A stretch of DNA of 64,000 bases from the human T2T-CHM13v2.0 reference genome, Homo sapiens: assembly GCF_009914755.1 (NCBI RefSeq), contig NC_060931.1; one strand, written 5' to 3'. Positions 47,293 through 59,899 of the stretch are shown here, piece after piece (the stretch's first letter is position 1; each line of letters starts with the position of its first letter). The translations under genes and the position numbers were made by a program. Under the pieces are notes generated by a model, which was not told the DNA's origin, searched no databases, and worked only from the letters and a program-made list of their open reading frames with translations.

Positions 47293-49087
47293 AGATTTAG
47301 TTTTTAAAAAGAGAATACGATTTGAAAAAGGAAAAATGTGAGGCAGGAGAGAAGAAATACACACACGAGCTGTTTTGTAATTGCTGTAAAACTGAAATCT
47401 TCAGCCTCACTAAAGGAGCACTTGCATGAACACCTCTAAATTACCTTATTACCTTCTAAATTAGGTGTGAAGTCTAACTTCTAAATTATGAGTGAAATCC
47501 ACTGCAATTCTTGTTATTTGGATGGAATCCTAGGTATGTGGTCCAGTTCATGAGTTGAACAAAAGCATGCTCATTTAGGCCAGGTAGAAAGAAATAAAGA
47601 CCTATGTTTTACATGTCTCATAACCACTGAAGGTCCTTCTCATAAGCAGTGCTTATGGGTATTAACGACCTCTCTATATTTTACTTCTCCAGTGCCTAAG
47701 TAGCCGAGTCCACTGAGTCCTGCTACATCTCCTCCAACATGTCAGCATTTTTTTCACAGGCCTTTTGTTACTCTAGATCAGAAATGTTGATAGCAACAGT
47801 TCCTTGAGGGCAGCAGCTAGCATGATGCCAGCCAACAGGAACCACCAAATGGTTCTTAATATAAATTACTACTTATTAATCTATTTACTTTGTGCATTTG
47901 GAGTTTTGCATGTAAAGTCCTATTTATGTCCATATGGTAGATAAATGGAACAAATGAATAACAGAAGTAACCATTTTGATACTTTAGATATAGATAATAT
48001 TGGATTATTTCTGGATTGTGAAAGAAGAAGGAAGAAGCATATGGAAGAGAAGTTTTAGTAGAGGGGAGGAAGGAGGAGGTGGAAACGAATGTACAAGGAT
48101 GGGAGGAGAAAAGGGAGAGAGACTTTTTTTTTTTTAAGGCGAGAGTTTACTACCTATCTAACTCTTCGCATTCTTGAAGTCTCAGACCAAATCCCATCGG
48201 TTTGAAAGCCTCTAGGGTATTCTATCTATTGTATACTTCTGTTATGTACAAAATTAATTTGCCAATTAATTGTGAACTGTTTTATAAACTATCTTAAAAT
48301 GGTTAGTTAAATCTTTGGGATAGTATTTAGCTTTCTCCAGGATTATGACTTACCTTCTAAATTAGACATACAATGCCTAGGAGTCAAGGACTATTTTGCA
48401 TAAATTCCAGTCTTCTTTTACAATGCCTAGAATGATTGTTACCACAGAAATATTCATTACCTGGGAGAAAGGATGACAGGAGGGGCAGAATGAATGGAGA
48501 GAGGTCGTGAGAATGAGGTGCTGAGGATGGACGAGGAAGAAAGCTGTTTTAGTTGGGAGGATAGGTGACAGAAGCATGGAAAGGAATTGCCTTGGACCCA
48601 TGGAAGCCCAGTGAAGATACTTAGATCCTGCAGGGGTGTGAATAATGTTCTTTTAGTTTCTCTTCTTAGGAGGTTTGTTCATTTTGGGAGATTTCTTTTG
48701 AAAAGAGTGAACTTAAATTGGAGAAAAGTACATTTTAGTATGTTGATAACATTTGAATTTGTAAAATGGACCTATGGATGATCTACACATATTTATATAC
48801 CCATAAATATACACATATTTTAATTTTTGGTATTTTATAATTATTATTTAATGATCATTCATGACATTTTAAAAATTACAGAAAAATTTACATCTAAAAT
48901 TTCAGCAATGTTGTTTTTGACCAACTAAATAAATTGCATTTGAAATAATGGAGATGCAATGTTCAAAATTTCAACTGTGGTTAAAGCAATAGTGTGATAT
49001 ATGATTACATTAGAAGGAAGATGTGCCTTTCAAATTCAGATTGAGCATACTAAAAGTGACTCTCTAATTTTCTATTTTTGGTAATAG

Positions 49088-49183
<96 letters not shown>

Positions 49184-49399
49184 TGAATAACTAATTATTG
49201 GTCTAGCAAGCATTTGCTGTAAATGTCATTCATGTAAAAAAATTACAGACATTTCTCTATTGCTTTATATTCTGTTTCTGGAATTGAAAAAATCCTGGGG
49301 TTTTATGGCTAGTGGGTTAAGAATCACATTTAAGAACTATAAATAATGGTATAGTATCCAGATTTGGTAGAGATTATGGTTACTCAGAATCTGTGCCCG

Positions 49400-50600
49400 T
49401 ATCTTGGTGTCAGTGTATTTGTTTGCCTCATAGTATAGTTTACTACAAATGGAAAACTCTAGGATTCTGCATAATACTGGACAGAGAAGATGTAAATATC
49501 TGTTAGTTCCATCATAGACCCTGCCACTCCAATGTACACACCAGCTTTAGGCTTCTTGGTATAGATAAACATACATTTTCAAAATTTTTCATCATAATTT
49601 TCATAACAAAATAGGAAGGCAAATGATGTCACTTGGCTTAAAATCTATAATATTTAAAATAAACAGGACAAATGCATTAACATTGTTGGGGGAGGAGGTC
49701 CCTTAGTAGAAACACTCTTGGTCCAAGCATTTTAAAGCTGTCAAAGAGATGTAAATATAGATAATGTATGTCAAGGAGAGAGCTTTGTGGTTAAACTGTA
49801 ACTTTCAGTTTAAACAATTATTGGTGACTCTGATGTCAAATGTTTCTCAAGCTTTATCTGAACAAAATTCTTCTCACTTTGTTGCCAAAGTCGTTAACAA
49901 GAAATCACATTGACTCATTGATGTTTTGGCTCCTTTCCCTTACTTTCTGTTGCTTTCCAAAAGCTGAGACAGGAAACTAACCCTAACTGAGCACCTGCAA
50001 TTGCCTGGTAGTATTCTAGTCATGTGTGTACTTTTGTGTGTATGTAATCCCCTTACAGCTCTGCAAAGTAAGAATTGTTCTCCCTGCTTTACAGAAGAGA
50101 TCATAAGATAATTGAGGCTGTTAGATGTTAACTTGCCAAAAGCCATACAGGAAAATGGTAGAGTCACAGTTTGAACCAGGTCCTTTTGATTCTTTACATT
50201 AAACCATGCTTTGATCTTGGAAATACACTGTAAGGCAATAAATCAATAGATACGGATAATTCACAGGCTTCTAAATAAATGGAAGTTGATTGTTTTTATC
50301 TGTGAGCCAAAGTAAGACTTATTCTAAGAATTCCACAAATTTAGATAAGATAGAGTATATGGCTTCTAGACATCCAACATAGAACTGAGTTTGTGTTATC
50401 AGTTTAAGATTTGGTTTTGCTGTAAGGTGCACACACTTTGAGGAACTAAAAATAATTGTCTATTCTTATTCTGATCAGAATGTGTAATGTGTTGTCCAGT
50501 TTTGGATGATGAATTTCTTATTTCTAATCTCATAAGAAACTTGTCATAGATGTGAGGGAGAGAATTAAGAACAGAGTGTGGGGAAGAAACTGTGTACATT
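49400..50600. promoter_or_regulatory. Probable CFTR intron-12 (legacy intron 11, 1811+0.8 kb) intestinal enhancer region
   Basis: Position from prior knowledge; FOX-type RYAAAYA at 49492, 49565, 49659, 49751; CDX-type GCAATAAA at 50235-50242; boundaries approximate. Confidence 0.55.
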
Positions 50601-50766
50601 TTGATGGGATCCATTATGTAGCTCTTGCATGCTGTCTTCAAAAATAAGTTACACTATAAAGGTTGTTTTAGACTTTTAAAGTTTTGCCATTGGTTTTTAA
50701 AAAAATTTTTAAATTGGCTTTAAAAATTTCTTAATTGTGTGCTGAATACAATTTTCTTTATTACAG

Positions 50767-50815
50767 AAGTACCAACAATTACATGTATAAACAGAGAATC
50801 CTATGTACTTGAGAT
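50767..50815 (+). other. Latent 49-nt pseudoexon in intron 12 (1811+1.6kbA>G / c.1680-886A>G site), wild-type allele
   Basis: ttttctttattacag|AAGTAC...GAGAT|ataagt; A50816 is exactly 886 nt before exon 13; A>G would create gtaagt. Confidence 0.9.
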
Positions 50816-51678
50816 ATAAGTAAGGTTACTAACAATCACACCTGAAAAATTTAAATGTTATGAAGAAATTATCTCATTTCTATTAATATGGGAACTGTGT
50901 CTTCATCTTTATTACTGTTCTAAGGTCAACTCAATGTAGATTTTACTTGCTTATGGTTTCATATTTTAGCTAAATAGTAAAATAATATGGATATACATTT
51001 TGTTGTGACTTACTCATACTTTCCTTATTTGGAACTTTTATGAATATGATATAGAGACTGAAACTACAAGGAACAAAATGCAATATCAATTATACAGTTG
51101 TGGCAGCACTGCTGTCAATTTGTTGATAGTGTTTAACACTTAGAAAAACATTTTAAAAATAATTTCACATAAGTAATGTAATTTATTAGCTGTCTCTGAC
51201 ATTTTACAGTTTGGAATAGTTTATTTTCTTTTTGGTGTCCTCACCAAAACCCAACATCTTCAAGGGCAGGAACTGTATAATTTTTGCTATTGTATTTTGA
51301 GCACATAGCATGGTACTTGCCTCTAAATAGATACTATTGTTAAAATATTTTTTAAGGTAATATTTTAAAGTGTATGCTATGGTACAGTTCAGTTTGTGAC
51401 TTTTGCTAGTTTATGCCACTTACAGTTAGCAAAATCACTTCAGCAGTTCTTGGAATGTTGTGAAAAGTGATAAAAATCTTCTGCAACTTATTCCTTTATT
51501 CCTCATTTAAAATAATCTACCATAGTAAAAACATGTATAAAAGTGCTACTTCTGCACCACTTTTGAGAATAGTGTTATTTCAGTGAATCGATGTGGTGAC
51601 CATATTGTAATGCATGTAGTGAACTGTTTAAGGCAAATCATCTACACTAGATGACCAGGAAATAGAGAGGAAATGTAA

Positions 51679-51798
<120 letters not shown>

Positions 51799-53280
51799 TG
51801 AATACCTTACTTATAATGCTCATGCTAAAATAAAAGAAAGACAGACTGTCCCATCATAGATTGCATTTTACCTCTTGAGAAATATGTTCACCATTGTTGG
51901 TATGGCAGAATGTAGCATGGTATTAACTCAAATCTGATCTGCCCTACTGGGCCAGGATTCAAGATTACTTCCATTAAAACCTTTTCTCACCGCCTCATGC
52001 TAAACCAGTTTCTCTCATTGCTATACTGTTATAGCAATTGCTATCTATGTAGTTTTTGCAGTATCATTGCCTTGTGATATATATTACTTTAATTATTATT
52101 ATACTTAACATTTTTATTTACTTTTTGTGTTAGTATTTTATTCTGTCTTCTCCTTAGATAGTAACCTTCTTAAGAAAATATATATGCTAAGTGTTTTACT
52201 GGTTTAATATGCTTAGACTACTCATCTACCTCAATACTTCCTTGGAGATCTCCTCCTCAGTCACACAGAGCTCAGGACTTATATTTCCTTGGAACTCCTG
52301 TTAGGGTCCAATGTACATGAAATTCCCTAGACAGACAGACAGTCAGTTATATGGCTTGATTTCAAAGTTTCAAAATGATTTAATGGACTATCAAGTAGTT
52401 TATTAGGAGAACAGTTATTATACTCTTCTAAAAATAAAGATTTTAAGCAATAAAGATGTATATGTATATAAAATGGCTGGGTTATTCCTAGAAGTACCTT
52501 TCTTAGAATTTAGTTAAATTTAATATCCAAGATACTATCTTTTCAACCCTGAGATTGTGAAAAGTAACTTCTATCAATATAAACTTTACTACATTTGTAT
52601 TGTGTTAGTGTGTTACAGTATAATCTAGAACAATGTGTCTTTCTATATGATATATGACATTTTAATGCCTAAAAAAACTGATATGTCTTAGATGATTCTA
52701 GTCAGGATTTACTTCTAGAATAGATTAAAATTCTATTTGAGGAGAGTCAAATTAATTATCGAATTCTCAGTTGTTATTATTGCTGTTTTATTTTTAGTGA
52801 AACAGATTAGTCTTAATGTAAACACTTGAGAAATAAATTGATGGTCAACCTAAAATGTAAAAAAGAAATTAATAGAAAATTTAAAGAGCAACAAAGCTCT
52901 GACATTTAAAAGAAATGAAGTACAAATCTCTAGGGACCTTAAAGATCATCTAATAATTTCCTCATTTTCTAGATAAATAAACTGAGAGACCCCGAGGATA
53001 AATGATTTGCTCAAAGTCAAATATCTACTTAATATAGGAAATTTAATTTCATTCTCAGTCTGTTAACATGCAACTTTTCAATATAGCATGTTATTTCATG
53101 CTATCAGAATTCACAAGGTACCAATTTAATTACTACAGAGTACTTATAGAATCATTTAAAATATAATAAAATTGTATGATAGAGATTATATGCAATAAAA
53201 CATTAACAAAATGCTAAAATACGAGACATATTGCAATAAAGTATTTATAAAATTGATATTTATATGTTTTTATATCTTAA

Positions 53281-54051
<771 letters not shown>

Positions 54052-54930
54052 TGAGTAGAATGCAATATGTAGCATGTAACAAAATTTACTAAAATCATAG
54101 GATTAGGATAAGGTGTATCTTAAAACTCAGAAAGTATGAAGTTCATTAATTATACAAGCAACGTTAAAATGTAAAATAACAAATGATTTCTTTTTGCAAT
54201 GGACATATCTCTTCCCATAAAATGGGAAAGGATTTAGTTTTTGGTCCTCTACTAAGCCAGTGATAACTGTGACTATAAGTTAGAAAGCATTTGCTTTATT
54301 ACCATCTTGAACCCTCTGTGGGAAGAGGTGCAGTATAAATAACTGTATAAATAAATAGTAGCTTTCATTATTTATAGCTCGCAAAATAATCTGTATGGAA
54401 GTAGCATATATAAGGTATATAAACATTTAGCCTCTTGATAGGACTAACTCACATTCTGGTTTGTATATCAGTCTTGCCTGAATTTAGCTAGTGTGGGCTT
54501 TTTTTTATCTTGTGAGTTTGCTTTATACATTGGGTTTCTGAAAAGATTTCTTTTAGAGAATGTATATAAGCTTAACATGTACTAGTGCCAATCTTCAGAC
54601 AGAAATTTTGTTCTATTAGGTTTTAAGAATAAAAGCATTTTATTTTTAAAACAGGAAATAATATAAAAAGGAGAGTTTTTGTTGTTTTAGTAGAAAACTT
54701 AATGCCTTGGATGAAATGAGCCATGGGCAGGGTTGTAATGAATTGATATGTTTAATAGTATAGATCATTTGTGAATAATATGACCTTTGACAAGACACAA
54801 GCCATTAACATCTGTAGGCAGAAGTTTCCTTCTTTGTAAAATGAGGGAATAAAATAGATCCCTAAAGTGTGTAATTTTAGTATTTCTAAACTTTATGAAG
54901 GTTTCCTAAATGATAATTCATCTATATAGT

Positions 54931-55261
54931 GTTTTTTTGTGTGTTTGTTTGTTTGTTTGTTTGAGATGGAGTCTCGCTCTGTCACCTACGCTGGAGTGCA
55001 ATGGTGCAACCTCGGCTCACTGCAACCTCTGCCTCCTGGGTTCAAGCTAATCTCCTGCCTCAGCCTCCTGAGTAGCTGAGATTACAGGCATGCACCACCA
55101 TGCCGAGCTAATTTTTGTATTTTTAGTAGAGAAGGGGTTTCATCATGTTGACCAGGCTGGTCTTGAACTCCTGACCTTGTGATCCACCCACCTCAGCCTC
55201 CCAAAGTGCTGGTATTACAGGCGTGTGCCACCACGTCCAGCCTGAGCCACTGCGCCCAGCC
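54931..55261 (-). mobile_element. AluS
   Basis: TSD catctatatagt (54919-54930 / 55262-55273); (GTTT)n tail. Confidence 0.93.
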
Positions 55262-56173
55262 CATCTATATAGTTTAATATCAATCTAAATGAATTTCTCA
55301 GTCCTGAGCCTAAAAATTTAGTTGTAAAGAATGATATCCTTGACTAATAATAGTTTCTATTAATGGATTGCATCTAGTGCTAGGTGGCATATATTTAGTC
55401 CCCACAACTACCCTGGAAGGTATTTAAAATTTTTCACATTTGCAGATAAGGAAACTAAAGTTCAGAGTTCAGCAACATGCTTGAATTCAAGCAGCTCCTA
55501 GGATGTTAATGGTGGAGGTTGGGTTCAAATCCAGATCTGTCTGACTCAAAAAATGCATACTCCTAACCAGTGCACTATATCCCAATTCCATAGGAGCCCT
55601 TCTTTGTGATTCATAGCACTTTCCCATGAGTTTTGTTGATTTTGTGAGAAACAAAACTCTTTTTCCTTTGGACTGTCTGGAATCTCTCTTTTACAAATTT
55701 TTGAAATGTATTTCTATGCCAAAAGACAAAGATTTCTAGAGGAATATGCCTAGGATGAGAATTATGTAATTTAAATCACAGCTGGAAAGAGAGAAAGTCC
55801 TAAGTTACTAAGAAATGTTCAAACACAAATGGGCTTTCAGTCTATTGGAAGACCTTTATAGCTAGAAGTATACTGAACTGTACTTGTCCATGGACCCCTG
55901 AAGAAACAGGTTAAATCAAAGAGAGTTCTGGGAAACTTCATTTAGATGGTATCATTCATTTGATAAAAGGTATGCCACTGTTAAGCCTTTAATGGTAAAA
56001 TTGTCCAATAATAATACAGTTATATAATCAGTGATACATTTTTAGAATTTTGAAAAATTACGATGTTTCTCATTTTTAATAAAGCTGTGTTGCTCCAGTA
56101 GACATTATTCTGGCTATAGAATGACATCATACATGGCATTTATAATGATTTATATTTGTTAAAATACACTTAG

Positions 56174-56452
<279 letters not shown>

Positions 56453-56649
56453 TAAGATAGTTTGGGGATGTATACATATATATGCACACACATAAATATG
56501 TATATATACACATGTATACATGTATAAGTATGCATATATACACACATATATCACTATATGTATATATGTATATATTACATATATTTGTGATTTTACAGTA
56601 TATAATGGTATAGATTCATATAGTTCTTAGCTTCTGAAAAATCAACAAG

Positions 56650-56950
56650 TAGAACCACTACTGATATTTTATTATTTCATATTACATATAAAATATATTT
56701 AAATACAAATATAAGAAGAGTTTTTAATAGATTTTTAATAATAAAGGTTAAGAGATTCGAAAGCTCAAAGTAGAAGGCTTTTATTTGGATTGAAATTAAA
56801 CAATTAGAATCACTGTTGATATTTTATTATTTCATATTACATATAAAATATATTTAAATATAAAGATAAGAGTTTTTAATAGATTTTATAATAAATGTTA
56901 AGAGATTAAAAAACTGAAAATAGAAGGCTTTTATTTGGATTGAAATTAAA
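56650..56950. repeat. About 150-bp diverged tandem duplication (2 copies)
   Basis: 56650-56800 and 56805-56950 share tgatattttattatttcatattacatataaaatatatttaaata ... tagaaggcttttatttggattgaaattaaa. Confidence 0.9.
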
Positions 56951-57262
56951 GGCCAGGCATGGTGGTTCATGCCTGTAATCCCAGAATTTTAGGAGACTGA
57001 GTGGGGAGGATTGCTTGAGCCCAGGGGTCAAGACCAGCCTGGGCAACACAGTGAGACACCGTATCTACAAAATAATTAAAAAATTAGCTGGGCATGGTGG
57101 TGTGTGCCTGTATGCTACCATTAACTAAGGAGGCTGAGGTGGGAGAATCGCTTGAGCCTGGGAGGTCAAGGCTGCCCTGAGCTGTGATTGTGCCATTGCA
57201 TTCCAGCCTGGGTGCCAGAGAGAGACCCTATCTCTAAATAAATAAATAAGTAAATAAATAAA
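56951..57262 (+). mobile_element. AluJ
   Basis: ggccaggcatggtggttcatgcctgtaatccc...(TAAA)n tail. Confidence 0.92.
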
Positions 57263-57315
57263 CAGCAACAACAAAAACACTCAAAGCAAATCTGTACTAA
57301 ATTTTGAATTCATTC

Positions 57316-58737
57316 TGAGAGGTGACAGCATGCTGGCAGTCCTGGCAGCCCTCGCTCACTCTCAGGGCCTCCTTGACCTTGACGCCCACTCTGGCTGTGC
57401 GTGAGGAGCCCTTCAGCCCTCCCCTGCACTGTGGGAGCCCCTTTCTGGGCTGGCCAAGGCCAGAGCCGGCTCCCTCAGCTTGCGGGGAGGTGTGGAGGGA
57501 GAGGCGCTGGGGGAACTGGGGCTGCGGGTGCCCTTGTGGGCCAGCGCGAGTTCTGGGTGGGCGTGGGCTGGGCAGGCCCCGCACTCGGAGCAGCCGGCCG
57601 GCCCCGCGAGCCCCAGGCAGTGAGGGGCTTAGCACCTGGGCCAGCAGCTGCTGTACTCGATTTCTCACTGGGCCTTAGCTGCCTCCCTGCGGGGCAGGGC
57701 TCGGGACCTGCAGCCTGCCATGCCTGAGCCTCCCCCCAACCTGCCGCTGCAGTGGGCTCCTGCGTGGCCCAAGCCTCCTGACGAGCACCGCCCCCTGCTC
57801 CACGGCACCCAGTCCCATAGACCGCCCAAGGGCTGAGGAGTGTGGGTGCAGGGCGCAGGGCTGGCAGGCAGCTCCACCTGCAGCCCCAGTGCGGGATCCA
57901 CTGGGTGAAGCCAGCTGGGCTTCTGAGTCTGGTGGGGACTTGGAGGATCTTTATGTCTAGCTAAGGGATTGTAAATACACCAATCAGCACTCTGTATCTA
58001 GCTCAAGGTTTGTAAACACACCAATCAGCACCCTGTGTCTAGCTCAGGGTTTGTGAATGCACCAATCAGCACTCTGTATCTAGTTAATCTGGTGGAGACT
58101 TGGAGAACCTTTATGTCTAGCTAAGGGATTGTAAATATACCAATGTGCACTCTGTATCTAGCTCAAGGTTTGTAAATACACCAATCAGCACTCTCTGTCT
58201 AGCTCAGGGTTTGTAAATACACCAATGGACACTTTGTATCTAGCTAATCTAGTGAGGAGGTGGAGAACTTTTGTGTCTAGCTCAGGGATTGTAAACGCAC
58301 CAATCAGCACCCTGTCAAAACGGACCAATCAGCTCTCTGTAAAACCAATCTGCTGTCTGTAAAATGGACCAATCAGCAGGATGTGGGTGGGGCCAGATAA
58401 GAGAATAAAAGCAGGCTGCCTGAGCCAGAAGTGGCAACCTGCTGGGGTCTGTAGAAGCTTTGTTCTTTTGTTCTTTGCAATAAATTTTGCTACTGCTCAC
58501 TTTTTGGGTCCGCATTGCGTTTATGAGCTGTGACACTCACTGGGAAGGTCTGCAGCTTCACTCCTGAAGCCAGCGAGATCACGAACCCACCAGAAGAAAG
58601 AAACTCCTAACACATCCGAACATCAGAAGGAACAAACTCAGGACACGCGGCCTTTAAGAACTATAACACTCACTGCAAGGGTCCTTGGCTTCATTCTCGA
58701 AGTCAGTGAGACCAAGAACCCACCAATTCCGGACACA
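57316..58737 (+). mobile_element. LTR12-family (ERV9) solo LTR
   Basis: tgagaggtgacagc...ccaattccggacaca termini; GC-rich U3; tandem about 41-bp CCAAT units; 4-bp near-TSD attc/attt. Confidence 0.95.
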
Positions 58738-58754
58738 ATTTGACTGCAGAAAAT

Positions 58755-58943
58755 GGATGTCCAACCCTGTGGTTTCCCTGGGCCACATTGGAAGAAGAAA
58801 GGAGTTGTCTTGGGCCACACATAAAATACACTTACTATAGCAGATGAGCTAAAGAAAAGAAAAAAGTCCATGCGTAATCTTTGTGATATGTGCCACCACC
58901 AATAAGCAAAATTGTTCTCTTATTCAAAAGGTTGGACACAGCT
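58755..58943. mobile_element. MER30-like hAT element
   Basis: tgtccaac...tccctgggccacattggaagaagaa...gtcttgggccacacataaaatacac...ttggaca. Confidence 0.75.
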
Positions 58944-59841
58944 GCTCTAGATATTTTATTATTAAATATGCAGGCAATTACTGTTTAAATGAAGATTTCC
59001 TCACAGAATGAGATTAAAAGTATATATTAGTGGCTTAGCATTCATTTTAGACAACCATTTTAGAGATTCAAATCACACACTTGCTTACAGAAATTTTGTT
59101 GTCTTCAATGTCCCCATTGTGGTTTCTTTACCAAGCCTCTACTGTTCTTCACATCACCAAGTTAAAAAAAAAAAAGGGGCGGGGGGGCAGAATGAAAATT
59201 GCATGGTAGGCCACAAGTTCAGATCCTCATCGACACAAGAGGTGCCTGAAGCAGTGGATGAGGCTTTTCTATGGATCATGAGCAGCCACATAAATGCTTA
59301 AAAGGGCCTGGCAGGGAGCATCAGTGGGTGATGTGGCTGGGAGGCTGAATGGAGAGCATTTGTTCTTCAGTTATCTATAGAAGGCAGCTGTCACTCAGCA
59401 CCAGCTAAGGGCTTCCCATGAGGGAACTGGGGATCAGGTTTCCCAGATCTTTTTATGTAACAGGATAAGACAGAGATCCAGCTTTTTTTGGGTAATTATT
59501 TCCTATTTTAAAATACGGGTAGTTGATTAAATAAAAACAAACGAATGAACACCATATGGGCACAACAAAACACATCTGTGGCTTGGATTCAGCTTGTGAA
59601 TGATTACTGCAGATATTTATTCTAGAGGACACCCCTGGGTATGTCCTAATATAAAACCTAAATCTAAACTCAAGGCCCATGCTACCTTCAGAGAATAAAT
59701 GACCCAGAAAAAGAACCACCTCTCCTAAGGAAGTATAAATGTGTAAATAACTGAGACCCAAACTTACAACTATACATTTTTCTTATTGTTGGGCTGTTGC
59801 TAACCTCAATTAAGAAGGCTTGATGATATTTGTAAAGTGTC

Positions 59842-59899
59842 ATCACTCCACCATGGTCCAGTAACATCTGATCACTCCACCATGGTCCAGTAACATCTG
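59842..59899. repeat. Perfect 29-bp tandem duplication
   Basis: atcactccaccatggtccagtaacatctg x2. Confidence 0.95.

Noticed and set aside
57940-58380. Regular about 41-bp repeats resembling a CRISPR array
   Set aside because: LTR12 U3 enhancer repeats with no unique spacers; eukaryotic DNA.
57297-58871. Several overlapping GC-rich ORFs and an apparent CpG island
   Set aside because: All within LTR12; high GC depletes stop codons.
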